DNA of 63,883 nt, the filler included, from Blastocystis sp. subtype 4 (Eukaryota): the NCBI RefSeq assembly GCF_000743755.1. It is 4 parts of 4 records of this genome, joined end to end, with 100 filler letters (N's around TTAATTAATTAA, not from the genome) between each part and the next. Parts side by side here need not be neighbours in the genome. Positions count along the whole stretch, not along the records: positions 18,093 to 37,104 come from NW_014569325.1; 3 more parts are not named here. One strand, given 5' to 3'. Each line of letters starts with the position of its first letter. The first letter of the stretch is position 1. Positions 24,801 through 37,204 of this stretch are shown here, piece after piece. A model generated the notes under the pieces. It ran no database searches. It saw only the letters and a list, made by a program, of their open reading frames with translations, and had not been told where the DNA came from. The position numbers and the translations under genes are program-made.

Positions 24801-27537
24801 ATAGCATTGACATCAACGTGGACCGAACTCAAATCATACTTCAAATCATTCACATTATTCCTAATCTCTTCAACTTCTTTCATTACTGAATCGACATCAC
24901 CATGGAAAATCACACCTCCTCTTATATCATTCATGTCACCCTTCATCCATTCAATAGAATCTCTCAATCCATTTATTCGTACTTGGAAATCATTCAAATC
25001 ACCTTTCACTTCATTCATCTCTCCGTTGAATTCTTCCTTCAAAGAGATGGATTCTCGTTCATTATCTTTTTTCATCTGCTCCACTGTATTTCTGAATTCA
25101 TTCATTTCTTCTTGTACTGATTCTATATCAGTCTTCATATGACCAATATTGATGTGAATGGACCTCAGTTCTGTCACTTCTTCATTCAGTCCACTCACAT
25201 CATTCTTAGTTTGATTCATACTCTCATGAAGATTTGTCCAATCATCTTTCATTTCATTCAAATTCATGTTGACTGAACTCAGTTCTCTTTGAATTGAATT
25301 CATTTCTTCTTTCATATCACTTTCAATTTGAGCCTTAAGTCCGTCTACTTCACTTTTCGTTCCATTCGCATCACTCTCAATTCGCTTTTTCAATTCATCA
25401 ACTTCACTTTTCATTCCATTCGTATCACTCTCAACTTGCTTCTTCAATCCATCAACCTCACTCTTCACACCATTCACATCATCACTAAGAAGAGAATGAT
25501 CACTCTTCATACTCTCTAATTGGGTTTCTAAAGAACCCAATACATCAAGGGACACATAGTTATCCTTTGATGTATTCAACGTTTGGATATCTTGGCTCAT
25601 TTGTATCAAATCGTCCTTCATAACATCCATTTCCTCCTTCACATGAACCACCTCACCATTCAGCTCTCCTGTATCATCTTTCATAATTAGTACTTCTTCC
25701 TTGACAGTACTCAATTCTCCTTTCAATTGATTCATTCCATCTTCTATTACACTCACTCGATCCTCCACATCTGTCAAGTCATCTTCTACTCCATCAATCC
25801 GTGTTTTCATTCCACCTAACTCTTTCAGTGTATTCATTACATCCAGCTTCGTATCAGTTACACTCTTCTTCACTTCATCCACAATTGTCTTCGCTTCTAC
25901 AGTACTTCGAATCGTATCTTCACTCATACGACGAGCTTCCTCAGCACCTTTCACTGCCTCCTCAGCCATCTTCTTTGCAGTTTCCATATCGCCAGAGGCC
26001 GATTGTATCTCTTCATTCATTTCCTCCATCTGTTTCTCCAACTCTCTCATACTCTGCATCGTATTGTCAATCCGTGTTTTCACAGTCTCCACCTCACTCA
26101 ACTGTTTTTCAACCTTCGTCAATCGAGTATCCATTTGAAGAGTCTTATTCCTCTGCATCATTCCTTCACTATTCAGATTCTCCACACGTTGAGTGACATT
26201 ATCCATTGATGACTCCAACTCACTCACACGATTTGTAAATTGTGAAGTTTGATCATTCAATTCAGATGTAAGCTTACGTTTCGTATCATCTAACTCACTC
26301 TTCAGATCCAAGAGTTGTGTATACACCATGCCAACATCATTCTCTTCAGTGTCCTGAGGACTAGCTGATACTTGAATATGTCCATTTGAATTCTCCTCCA
26401 GTTTGTCAAGTCGCTCACTGGTGTCTTCACTTGATACTCTCAATTCGTTAATGTCATTGCGAATTGTCTGAAAGCGAGTTGACAGAATCCTTATTTGGTC
26501 AACGAGACTTGTATTTGAAGTCCCAGCATTCATTCCAATCACATGACGCAAAGAATCCACTTGTTCTGTTACTTGAGTTAACTGCATCGATGAAAAAGCC
26601 GCATTATCTGGTGTTTCTTGCGTAATAACTGCTGTTGTGAGATTACTCACAGTAATCTTCACTGTCTCCAATTCAGCCTCTGCAACAGCCAACTGTTGAC
26701 GTAGCTCCTCCATTGCACTCAGGAAAGACTGCTCAGAAGCATTCACTTTCTTACGAAGAAGAGCTAACTCATTTGAACTCCTTGTAGAAGAAGAGGCAGG
26801 ATCATTGGAATCAATTGAAGTTACACTGTTGTAAATCGTGGAACCTCGCATCATCTCCATTTCATCACGTAAATCCTGGAGTTCTTGCATAATCACCTGA
26901 TTTATTACTACAGAAGAATTGTGAGAATCACGAGAATTTAAACTATCACGAATACTACGCCGAAAATGAACATCTGGAACTGTAGAATCTGACATATTTG
27001 ATGGACGAGGCATAACAAGACTGATCCCTTCAATCATCTTTAGAATATCTGTACGTTCCAAGTGCAGTTTTCGAACTGTCGTATGGTTCGAAAGAATGGA
27101 TCCTCGCAGTGTCAACGCATAATGAGTCCACTGATCGTCAAGTCCTTCTTTCTGCTATAGATCAAAAGAAGGACAACAAAGTAACAAGAACCTCCATAAC
27201 GACTTGCTGCAGAAGACAATTCTCACATACAACGAGCTCGTGGGTTTGACCACGAAAATCGACAGTTACAAAGCATTGCTTCAATTTCTTGTATATTTCG
27301 ATCACAGAAGACGGACCTACTTTGGCTTCAAGAAAAGATTTCCCTTCATTGACTACCTTTCCATCAATTACTATACACATATCATTGGGCGCTAATCGAA
27401 TTTCATCCTAAATCCTTATGCTTAGCGAATTACTCTACGCTCAAATACTGTTTCAACCAACCGATCTTAGTCGAGTCATTATAGGAAACAGGATATTCCT
27501 TGTTGTTGAAAATCACAGATAAACGTCCTGTTACCAT
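21863..27537 (-). CDS. Giant coiled-coil protein (about 1,870 aa) with two N-terminal ubiquitin-like domains
   Basis: The 1750-aa heptad ORF joins in frame, through two short introns, to exons encoding beta-grasp-like segments (MVTGRLSVIFNNKEYPV...IDGKVVNEGKSFLEAKVGPSSVIEI; FVTVDFRGQTHELVV...LRGSILSNHTTVRKLHLERTDILKM). Confidence 0.75.
23780..25700 (-). repeat. Degenerate 21-nt (7-aa) tandem coding repeats with larger near-identical duplications
   Basis: Recurring K-G-E-[VML]-[DNS]-S-V heptads; LKEELSAAKRSQDSLKEEL-like block duplicated near 23790 and 23895; 18-aa units ESDxNGxKSEVDxLKxxx near 25320-25470. Confidence 0.8.
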
Positions 27538-27972
27538 TCTATTGCCAAAAAACCGTTGACAAGAAATAGTATCTATTTTGGGAATTCAAAGGAATATCAT
27601 AGATATCTTTTATAAGGAGCCTATCAACCTTATATAGCAGAATATAGACACAAAGTCAGTCCTTATGGCAACTATTGAGATAACACGTCGAACAATCCAA
27701 ACCTCATCAATCATACAGACAACTCCTAACGACTTCCTTAATATGAGTTGGACTGAAATAGAAGGTGTTGATTCTGCTTGTCAACATAACCGTGGTTTTT
27801 CGATCGTTTCAGTTCGTTTCTTTCCAGAATCACAAAACCATTACTCTTGCATCTCTCTATTACCTTTGGAAAGTATTTTCCTTTATCTAGTAGTAGACTT
27901 GCTTGTAGTACTGTTGTTTTCTTTTTTCGTTGTATTTCGTTTTTGTCATTTATCCGTTGCTATTCTATTGAA

Positions 27973-29610
27973 ATGAGTTCGTCTCCGAACTATTCTCAAC
28001 ATGGGGAAGTTTCCGTGGAAAAGGAAAGAAGAATTCTGTAGGAACTAAGAGTTGACAAGTGACAGCGATAGAGCCTTGTATGATGGTTCAATTCTCATCG
28101 AGCAGTTGATGAGCCAATTTCAGAAGTGTTTGAAAGGTCGTTGTGAGGATGTCGATTTTTTCATATATCCTGTTAAAAGTGGTGTGTTTTGAACGGGTGA
28201 TCCTTAATGTGAACGTCCCACAAAGTGAACCATTACTGTAAGTTGGTTTTCCAAAAGTTCTATGCAACCCATGATTTTGCCCCATACAGATATACTGTAT
28301 GCTCAGATCATGGTGCTGAGTTTTAGGACGTTGCGTTAGCAAGTTGCTACTTGGTTCTGAAGATCCAAGATTCTCAACGAACGTTATCTCATAAGATTGA
28401 GAGATTTCTAAAGGATACGCAGGAGGTATGGTCAAAGATGGAGCCGAAGGAGGAGAGATGTATGGATAACCAAACTGTGAAAGGTTCCTAGTTGCCTCTA
28501 CTTCTAGAGAATGAATGAAATGGTATACAGACTACCAAGAATGGAATGCATTCTTTTTGCCGGAATCAACTTTGATTTACGGCTAGACATCCCCCACAAT
28601 TACGTGAATAAGATGTGTAAGAAGGCATTCGGTAGTGTCGTGTTGTTGTCTACCTATCAGTAGAACTCACCCCCACCAAAGTCGATGCACTCTTTGAACA
28701 AACGAAAAGTACCTCAGGGAAATCGCAAGGAGTTTCCGACTGTATACGCTATTTTTTACGTTTTTGGTATTGGTAATTGTGTGTTCTCAACAGCAGTTTG
28801 AATTCTGCTTTGTGTGTTGAGTATCCTCCTGATCTGATAGCGGCTGCTGCTTTACACTATGCGGTAGAGGTTACTGGATTGGCTTCTCGACCTGAATATC
28901 ATTCAGGTTGGGAACAGGAAGTGGGTTTGACTGAGCCCATACTTCGAGGTAAGATTGAGAATATGCGATAAGGAACAGCGATTCTCTCACGTCGAAAGGA
29001 GATTTCAGAGTGTGTACGACGTCATGAGGCGAAGAGGCGAAGTGTGGCTGAGACAGGTTCGCCATTGACGCCTCGAGGAGCTGTTGTGCGTGATCGAAAT
29101 CATAGTAGTGAATCAGAAGCCAAGCGAGTGCGTATGGAAGTGTCTGTATCGCGTCCAACTGTTTCAGCTCAACCAGCCCCAGCTCTCCACAAGCCATCGC
29201 CTATTCCTCCTACATCAGCACCTACTCCACTCATTTCAGCACCTGCTCCACTTGTGTCAGTACCAGCTCCTCTCACATCAACACCAGCTCCTTTGATAGC
29301 TCCTATTCCTCTACATTCAGCATCGAAGCCATCATCAAACACTCCACAGCCGCTGATTCCATCGACTCCTCTCCCTCTCGTTCCTCAACCACTCACAGAA
29401 GTAGCACAGCCTCTTCTACCAGTGGATTCTCAGTCGTCTAACATTCCACTCACAGTAGTGGATTCTCAGTCATCAAATACTCCACTCACAGTAGTGGATT
29501 CCATCCCAACACCTCTCTTTTCGGCTTCTGCTTCTACACAACCAGATCCTCTATTAACTGTGCCTTTTGGCCTGTATGAGAAGGAGGAACAGTTTCCTGA
29601 ACAGATGTAA
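27973..29610 (+). CDS. Transcription-type cyclin (K/T-like) with a Pro-rich tail and one AT-AC intron (28165-28214)
   Basis: Spliced cyclin box ...HYCKLVFQKFYATHDF...DVALASCYLVLKIQD; ECILFAGINFDLRLDIPH; LCVEYPPDLIAAAALHYA. Confidence 0.8.
28165..28214 (+). other. U12-type (minor spliceosome) AT-AC intron, 50 nt
   Basis: 5' ATATCCTGT, branch TCCTTAAT at 28201-28208, terminal AC at 28213-28214; removal deletes an in-frame TGA and restores the cyclin box. Confidence 0.85.
29422..29502 (+). repeat. 36-nt coding tandem repeat (VDSQSSN[IT]PLTV), about 2.3 copies
   Basis: gtggattctcagtc...ccactcacagta repeated within the cyclin tail. Confidence 0.8.
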
Positions 29611-29819
29611 TCGATTCTCAGAAGCTGTAACAACTAGAAAGAGACAGTATGATGGTGGAAAAGAGAATCGGTTCTTTGATTCGTATGGACGTGGAGTCCG
29701 AGACAAAGAGTTGTTCGTCTCTGCTATGGGATGAACTGGATCTGTTAAATTATGCAATCGTTGTATTGTACTGTACAATATCTCGTTGTGTTTGTTCTCC
29801 ACAATCGAAAACCAGGGAC

Positions 29820-31146
29820 ATGAGTGTTTCGCGTGTATACGCGGATGTCGTCGAGAAAATGCCTCCTGATTATTCAGACTACGAAGCCGTGACCATTGAC
29901 TGGATGTCGTGTTGTAGTGTGTTTCATGATGATTTAGGAGTCCAGAACGCTTCCAGATTGTTCGAAAGGTTGGAAAGGGGAAATATAGTGAAGTATTCAA
30001 GGGAATCGACATGGAAACAAATGAACCGGTGGGAATCAAATATCTCAAACCAGTACGACCCAAGAAAATATTGAGGTACACATTTTTGAGGTTTATTATG
30101 GGTAGAGAGGTAAAGATCATGAAACAACTCGCAGGAGGTCCTTCTATTCTTCCAGTAATTAAAATGTGGTCAAAATAATGATTAGCTTCTTGGTTGTGTT
30201 GAGAACCCCGAGACAAAGGCTCCTAGTCTCATTACTACATGGGTCGAATCCAAAGATTTCAAAGTCAGGTAGCCTATGAAGTTTTCATGCGTAGGAATTC
30301 TATCCCAGTCTATCTGACTACGATCTTCGCTATTACTTCTATAAGATCCTCCTTGTATGAATTTATTTCTCTTCTCATCTTCAGGGTCTAGACTATTCCC
30401 ACAGTCATGGTATTATTCATCGAGATATCAAACCGCAGAATATTCTGATTGATCACCGAAAACGTGATGTTTATATTATTGATTGGGGTCTTGCAGACTA
30501 CTACAAGCCAAGTAGGTCTATTGGATCTCTCTTAGGTAGACAACAAACTCGTGATTCGAGTAAGTACTCGAAATTATAAGGGACCTGAGTTACTAACAAA
30601 TGACTATGTAGGGATTTGTTAGGAACACGAGCTGTAGTACTATGACTATTCTCTAGATATTTGGTCTTTATCATGTATGTTAGCAGCAGTTGTTTTTAAC
30701 CGAACCCCATTTTTCCGTGGAAAGGACAATTATGATCAATTACGGAAGATTGAAGAAGTACTTGGTAGTGAAGATTTACGACAGTATATCAAGAAGTACA
30801 AACTCCAAATCCCAAAGGAGGCAGCAAAGCTTCTTTCAGAAAGTAAGAAGCAGCCATGGAGTTCGTTTGCTCCCTACGGGGTGAAGAAGTTCTTGAACGA
30901 GGATCTGTACGATTATTTAGAGAAAACACTTGTTTATGATCGTGAAGTGGGAGTGAATGGAATGATTCATTGTAGAAACGTTTGACAGCGAAGGAAGCGA
31001 TGAATCACAAATATTTTGATCCAGTTCGAAGCGATATTGAAAAGGAAATGCTGCAAGGCAATCATTCTGTAGGTATGCTCAAGGACTCTCACTATAGACA
31101 ACCCATATGGACCAACAGTCCAAACGACGAAAGACTGAAACAGATT
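29820..31146 (+). CDS. Casein kinase II alpha, divergent paralog; possible in-frame N-terminal extension from 29649
   Basis: SRVYADV...DYE, GKGKYSEVF, HRDIKPQN, IDWGLA, YKGPELL, YDYSLDIWSL and FFRGKDNYDQL are CK2-alpha hallmarks. Confidence 0.92.
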
Positions 31147-31203
31147 CAGGTGTTTGTAACAGACAACAACAAAACATTACGTTCATTACACTAAACAACT
31201 GAC

Positions 31204-32139
31204 TTAGTGGCCTCCAGAAGAAGGATATCCACAGAAGGTCTTCCAAGTATCATAAATCCACCACTGGAGACCCGTCAAGGTACCAATCATCAGAATACGA
31301 GTAGCCAGACCGTTCCAGCATCCCTTCCAACCCAAGATCTTCATAGCCTGCATCATTGAAATCTTTTCAGCTGAGTTGTTCATCTTAGAAACACATGAAT
31401 CGAAGGGATGAGAGACAAGAGCACAGAACATACCAGCAATGTATCCAGAAGCGAATGTAATCGTCAACTGCATAGCCTTGCTGTATGACTCACGAGGCTT
31501 GGTGAAGCAATACTTGTAGAACAGACCCACAATGTTCTCGAATGTAGCAAACTTCACAATAGTGTAAGGAATCTGACGACACCACAGAGGCACAATTCCC
31601 TTCCAAAGAGCCTTTGTTCCCTCTCCAGCAGTGATCTCCTTCATAGCAGGTCCCAACTTGGTAGGGAAGTTGGCCTCCACGGGAGTTGTCTGAATACGCA
31701 CCTTCGTAGCTTCCATGGGGCACAGGAAGATATCGGCGAAGAACTCAGCTGAAGCAGAAGCTGACACATAAATTGTATTCTTCCAGTGCTTCGCTCTCTC
31801 AGCTCCCATCAGATTAATGTACACATCCTTGAACATCTCATAACCACCAAACTTGAAGAATCCCTGCATGGCATAACCGAAGCAAGTAGGTTGCCAGCCT
31901 CTGTAGATACCATTACGGTTCCAACCCGTCTTCGCAGTCTTCTTCAGTCCATCCCACAGAGAAGTGTACATACCAGGGTTCGTCTGACGACGGCACTTCA
32001 CCAGATCCAGAGGAGTGATGAACGTGTGGGTGGTTCCACAAGAAAGTACTCCTCCCATAAAGCAAGTGCTATAGAACTTGGCATCGTGCTTAGGAGCATC
32101 GGTGACCTTCAATGTCTGAAGAGAGTTACTGCTAAACAT
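31204..32139 (-). CDS. Mitochondrial phosphate carrier (SLC25A3/PiC/Mir1), intronless
   Basis: GGVLSCGTTHTFITPLDLVKCRRQ, GYAMQGFFKFGGYE, ASASAEFFADI and PLWCRQIPYT motifs. Confidence 0.95.
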   Translation of the reverse strand: MFSSNSLQTLKVTDAPKHDAKFYSTCFMGGVLSCGTTHTFITPLDLVKCRRQTNPGMYTSLWDGLKKTAKTGWNRNGIYRGWQPTCFGYAMQGFFKFGGYEMFKDVYINLMGAERAKHWKNTIYVSASASAEFFADIFLCPMEATKVRIQTTPVEANFPTKLGPAMKEITAGEGTKALWKGIVPLWCRQIPYTIVKFATFENIVGLFYKYCFTKPRESYSKAMQLTITFASGYIAGMFCALVSHPFDSCVSKMNNSAEKISMMQAMKILGWKGCWNGLATRILMIGTLTGLQWWIYDTWKTFCGYPSSGGH

Positions 32140-32211
32140 TCGTAACAAAAAACAATGGTTCAAGAGAAAAGGGGGTTCACAGCGGTTTAATACAGAAATA
32201 AAACCAGTATA

Positions 32212-34142
32212 ATGTCTGAATCTGGAGATTCAAACCGGCTGAGTCCATTCATCGATAGTTGATGTAATAGAACGAAATAGTATAGAATAAAAGGCAGAAG
32301 AGTCTACAACTAAAGACGAATGCATGTTGAATCATATGTATTGTTTCAATAGAAATCGCAAAAACAATCCATTTAAAATCAATAGAACTGAGAACTATCT
32401 TATCAACCAACATTTTTCTTGTGATTCCCTCCAAGTATCGCTCTTTATGACATTTTTGAATTTATAGTGTTCACTGGGTCCAGTCTTTTGGAGCAGAAAA
32501 GATATGCGGAGAATCTCGAGAGTATCGAGTCAAAACTTCGAAAGAAAACAATATTCGTCCCGACAATTGATGAAGATGTGAAACTCCAGGTAGATTTGTG
32601 ATCAAGAGAGGAATTGATACTCTAGCTTCGTGCTTGTGGTGAACCCATTTGTTTATTTGGAGAGGGACCTGCAGACCGAAGAGAGCGTTTAAGACATGTA
32701 TTAGACACCAAATCGTTTTCGGAGGAAGATATTTCACTACAGAGAGAAATTCTAGGTCTGAAAGACGATGGAAGAGATGAAGATAACGAGCCAAAGGAAA
32801 CTGTATACACGCGTGCTGATCCGGCATTGATTGCAGCAAGGAAACAGATATTCGCTTTTTCAGTAAAACGGTATTTTTTGTAAGATGTGTTTTATTTCTA
32901 GCTGTCAAAAGCGTTTAGCGAAACAAAGAGAAGAAGAAGCCGATCTTCAAAAACTAGCAGAGAATGAGATCGCTGTAAAGGGATTATGGGACAAATATAG
33001 TGTATGATATGATTTTTATCTTTCCTGTAGAACCTGTTTGTGGAGAGTTCGCAATTTGGATCGGAGCGACCCATTTCCTGTTGTAGAGTGAACTCAACAA
33101 ATCCTAATTTCCCATCGAGTCTGCTAGCAACAGGTTGTTTTGGAGGAGAAGTCCGTTTATGGAGTTTAGCGAAAAGTACACAGCTTCACTCCTGGAAAGC
33201 ACATTCAGATCGTGTTTGTAGTATTGCATGGAGTCCTTTATCCACTCTAACATGCTCTGCTACGGGTGAGGTTGATGGACAGAATTCAGGAGTTATTCTG
33301 GCTACAGCTTCTTCAGATAGTAAGTGAATACTGAATACAATAAGACGAAGAAACAGCTCGATTGTGGGGGTACTCACAGAATGCACCTGTATTGCTACAA
33401 ACACTCTCAGGTCATATGAATCGTGTATCTGCTGTTGCTTTTCATCCAAGTGGTAGGTTGTGTGTTGGAGAATTGATGGAAGGATTGTACTGTGGAACTG
33501 TTAGTTATGATACATCGTTCCGATTTTGGGATGTAGAGACAGGTCAGCAGTTACTGTTACAGGATGGGCATGCTCGTGAAGTGATGGGAATTGATTTCCA
33601 GTGTGATGGGAGTGTCGTTGCAACAAGTGATCAATCAGGCGTGTGTCGGATTTGGGATTTGAGAACAGGAAGAAGTATCTCTGTGCTACAAGTAGGAGTA
33701 GAAAGAGGGATGAATGGTAGGGTCATGTGAAAGGAATGTTAAGTTGCCGTTTCTCTCCGAATGGGTTTCAGGTAACTGTTCGGGATGCATTTTGATGTGT
33801 AGTTTGCTACTTCGGGTGATGATAATACGATCAAGATTTGGGATTTACGGAAACAGAAATCCATCTACACGATTCCTGCACATAATAGTGTTGTTCCTGA
33901 TATTGCTTATGATACAACGGGAGAATTCCTTGTTTCTGGTTCCTTCGATCGAACTGTGAAAGGTACATAATAGCGTTGGATTTTTATATTTTAGTCTGGT
34001 CAACACGAAACTATCGTTGTTTGAAGACTCTCGAAGGACATGACAGCCGAGTGTCAGGTGTGGATATTCTAACAAATAAAGTGGGAGTCGTATCTTGTTC
34101 TCATGATAAAACGTGGAAATTGTGGTCATATGACGAGTTGTG
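32212..34142 (+). CDS. PRPF4: U4/U6 snRNP protein Prp4 (PRP4 motif plus WD40 repeats); 5' end approximate; stop probably poly(A)-made
   Basis: VPTIDEDVKLQ|LRACGEPICLFGEGPADRRERL; ESSQFGSERPISCC; WD repeats LLLQDGHAREV, RIWDLRTGR and SHDKTWKLW. Confidence 0.9.
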
Positions 34143-34259
34143 CGTTTGTTTGTTAGTTATTTTCGTTCTCCACAACTCCAGGAGACTCTCAACAAATTTT
34201 GCGTCCTATGAATAAGACAAAACAGTCACAGCCCCTAAAACGAAGCGTATGATGTAAGA

Positions 34260-35031
34260 ATGGAGAATGAACGTATAGTGTGACTATACAGTTCCAGATT
34301 ATTTGTCTTCCGAAGACAAAAAGCGAAGGCGAACAGAACCAGACCAAATAAAGAGTGGATACATTTTGGTACCAACGCTCTCTCTTTGTCCACCCAATCC
34401 TTCATTTTTGCCTTTACAATACAATTCTGTAGCATGCTGTCAACAGTACCTTAGTCCGTATGTGCACCAAGGCTTAGTCTATGAAGATGCCGCACTTCGA
34501 GAGAATTATTCCGCTTTCTGGTCTATGGTACCACCCCTAATACATTCAGTAGATCAAAGTCGCCGTAATCGAGACTATGGCGAGATGAGTTCATATTCGA
34601 CATCAACTTCTGTAGGAATCGAAAATAGTCTATATAAGATGATTCCTCCTCCTCCGAGCTTTCCCATTATCAATCCTGTTGTATATAGCAACAATTGTGA
34701 TGTGGGTACTCAGGATCTAGAGTATATCTCTACTACTGACTTTCGTCTTCTTAATACCCGTACTACTCCTGTAATTAGCATTCCTCGTCCTTCGTCACCT
34801 TTGTATCCGTTATCTCCTCAGGATTTGATTCCGTCACTTATCCACTCGCCAGCAGTCAAAGGATGTGATAACTTGAAGGGTGATTCATTTCGAATGAGTT
34901 CTCCTTCGTCAATGTATGTGTCGTCATATGGTGATACGAAATTGAATGATGACAAACTCTATGTAATTGGTTTCACATGGAATCCAGAACCTGTTCGTGG
35001 AGCCTTTGAGGACGATCCCTGGATTATTTAA
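34260..35031 (+). CDS. Hypothetical Ser/Pro-rich protein
   Basis: 242-codon ORF with an NLS-like KKRRR; no recognised domain; start uncertain. Confidence 0.4.
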
Positions 35032-35337
35032 TATGATTTCCATTGTATATTACTTGGCTATTGTGTTCTGTTTTGTTTATACTCCAACAAGGAGTAATAA
35101 TCTTTGGAATCCTTCTTTATTTGTTTCAACAAACGTATTGGCTTGATAGGAGAGAATGGTAATCCTTCTCTTTCCTCCATATTGTACCAACTCGTTGCAG
35201 ATATGGAGCAACAAAAGAAAACACCTCAAAAGGAGAGAAATGTCTTCGGATGATGAAAAGAGAGAAACTGTTCAGTTCCCATGGTTATTGGCAGAAATGG
35301 ATGGTGAGTAGAAAAAACTAATTTCAACCTGTCAACG

Positions 35338-35768
35338 ATGTTCAGTCTTCTGAAGTCTTCTACCATGGTGGTTCCTGTAAGAATTGTCAGGTACCTAAGT
35401 GATTGCTAGAAGACCGCAACTTTCATGCGTTCTGTTTACACTGGAACTGTGAAATGGTTCAACAACAAGAAGGGGTATAGTTTGTTTGTTGACTGTGACG
35501 TTCAGATACGGTTTCATTATTCCTGATGCTAATCCCGACTTCTCGACTGATGGTAAGAGTATAGATTATCGAATTATGTTTAGTGTTTGTCCACCAGACA
35601 GCTATCAAGTCTAGCGGATTTAGATTTCTGAAGGAGGGAGAAAAGGTAGAAGAATATGTATGGTGTTATTTATAGGTTGAGTTTGATATTACTGATGGCG
35701 CCAAGGGTAAGGTAGCCAAGGATGTTTGTGCTCCTGGGGGTCTTCCTATCAATCGCGTTCTTGTTTAA
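35338..35768 (+). CDS. Cold-shock-domain protein (5 exons) with a putative MRO presequence
   Basis: Spliced YTGTVKWFNNKKGYGFI...DVFVHQTAIKSSGFRFLKEGEKVEF (RNP1/RNP2); leader MFSLLKSSTMVVPKTATFMRS after removing intron 35377-35409. Confidence 0.9.
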
Positions 35769-35847
35769 TTCATTTACATCAGGCTATGTGTTTCGATAGA
35801 ATTTGATTGTTGTGAACAAACATGTCAAACATAGAGTACAAGCAACA

Positions 35848-36711
35848 TTAACAATTATCACGGAACCGCTTCGAATCTATAGTTTGTGAACCATTTTGAT
35901 CCCGTTTCTGTATCCTTAGAGGAGGAAGTGATAGAGGAGAGACGGGTTCAGTTGGAAGGACGACTAAATCGCCTTCATCTCCATTACTCACCATAGTGAC
36001 CTTGCCAATATCAATTCGAACCCGTTCTAAATGATAATCAATATCAGGATGTATAGCGTTCTTCACCGATTCTTCAATTCCTCGCTCAATCGCTCCCAAC
36101 AACCGTTTCTCCACTCTTTCGGCAAGATTCTGTTTCTCTAAGATATTTTCTTTCTCACTATCACTCTCAATTTGTTCTTTGATAGGTTCCAACGGAGTAG
36201 ATTCCGTGATAGTATGACGATTTCGAAATGTTGCTGAGGCTTCGATTTTCCTTGCTAGAACCTCGTTTATCAATTGTAGGGATACCACATCCTGTGGATT
36301 CGCAGATTCAGCGACACGATTCCGATACGTCTTGCATAATGATAACAACTCTGCTAGATCCATAGATTCTAATTCTTTCCCTTGAATATGCGACACTCTT
36401 CTTTCATGCATACTCTCTCCCTCAGTATAACTATTGGTTGTTGAAGGAGTTCCATAACTTGCATCATCGCCATCCACATTTGTTCCAGAAGGTATATCCC
36501 CAGGTGACGTAGTTCCATCCAAATCAGCAATAATCTGTTTGTCATTGTTCCTTCAAATAATTACACTTATCGATTGATTCATTACTTCCTCGATATTGCT
36601 CCCAGAACCGTTTTCATGGTTCATAATGAGATCACTTGATTTAACAGATGTTGAGTATTTTGGTACAGAAATAGAATTCCTATCAAGTTCAATTTGAATA
36701 CTCCCTCCCAT
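35848..36711 (-). CDS. Hypothetical protein (probably 2 exons)
   Basis: 224-codon ORF plus an upstream exon starting MGGSIQIELD; TGTTTGTT element downstream; no recognised domain. Confidence 0.45.
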
Positions 36712-37104
36712 TTTCGTGTCTGATTCTTTGCAGATCCTCTGTATATTATATTTTCACTCCTTTCCCACTTCTGTGTCTGAAGTTATATCCCTCGACAGAT
36801 TCAGAGCCGATAAAGATGGATTTAGTTTACCCTCGGTTTGTATACGTTCCATTCAACGAAAAGCAAGAAACGTGTTGGAATGTCTACAAATGAATGATAT
36901 TCTGATAGGTTGCTGGTCCTCTCTTTTATCATTTTCACTCATTGAATTGCTGTATTACTCGATACAGAGCGATATCAATCAAAGACGGAAATCGCGGTTT
37001 TCGTCGTTTCTTTGCGGTATTAGGAATAGATGTGAATTACTCAACTATCCACCGAATGGCTCTGAATATTGAATCAGTCCTTGGAGACAAGGCTCAATTC
37101 CTCA

Positions 37105-37203
37105 NNNNNNNNNNNNNNNNNNNNNNNNNNNNNNNNNNNNNNNNNNNNTTAATTAATTAANNNNNNNNNNNNNNNNNNNNNNNNNNNNNNNNNNNNNNNN
37201 NNN
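37105..37203. other. Artificial contig spacer
   Basis: N-run, TTAATTAATTAA, N-run. Confidence 0.97.
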
Positions 37204-37204
37204 N

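Noticed and set aside
23780..25700. Periodic repeats as a CRISPR array or satellite
   Set aside because: Degenerate in-frame 21-nt coding heptads with no repeat-spacer structure, in a eukaryotic context.
27665..27976. 103-aa ORF with a hydrophobic C-terminus upstream of the cyclin
   Set aside because: No recognisable motif and it overlaps the cyclin start; may be promoter or UTR sequence.
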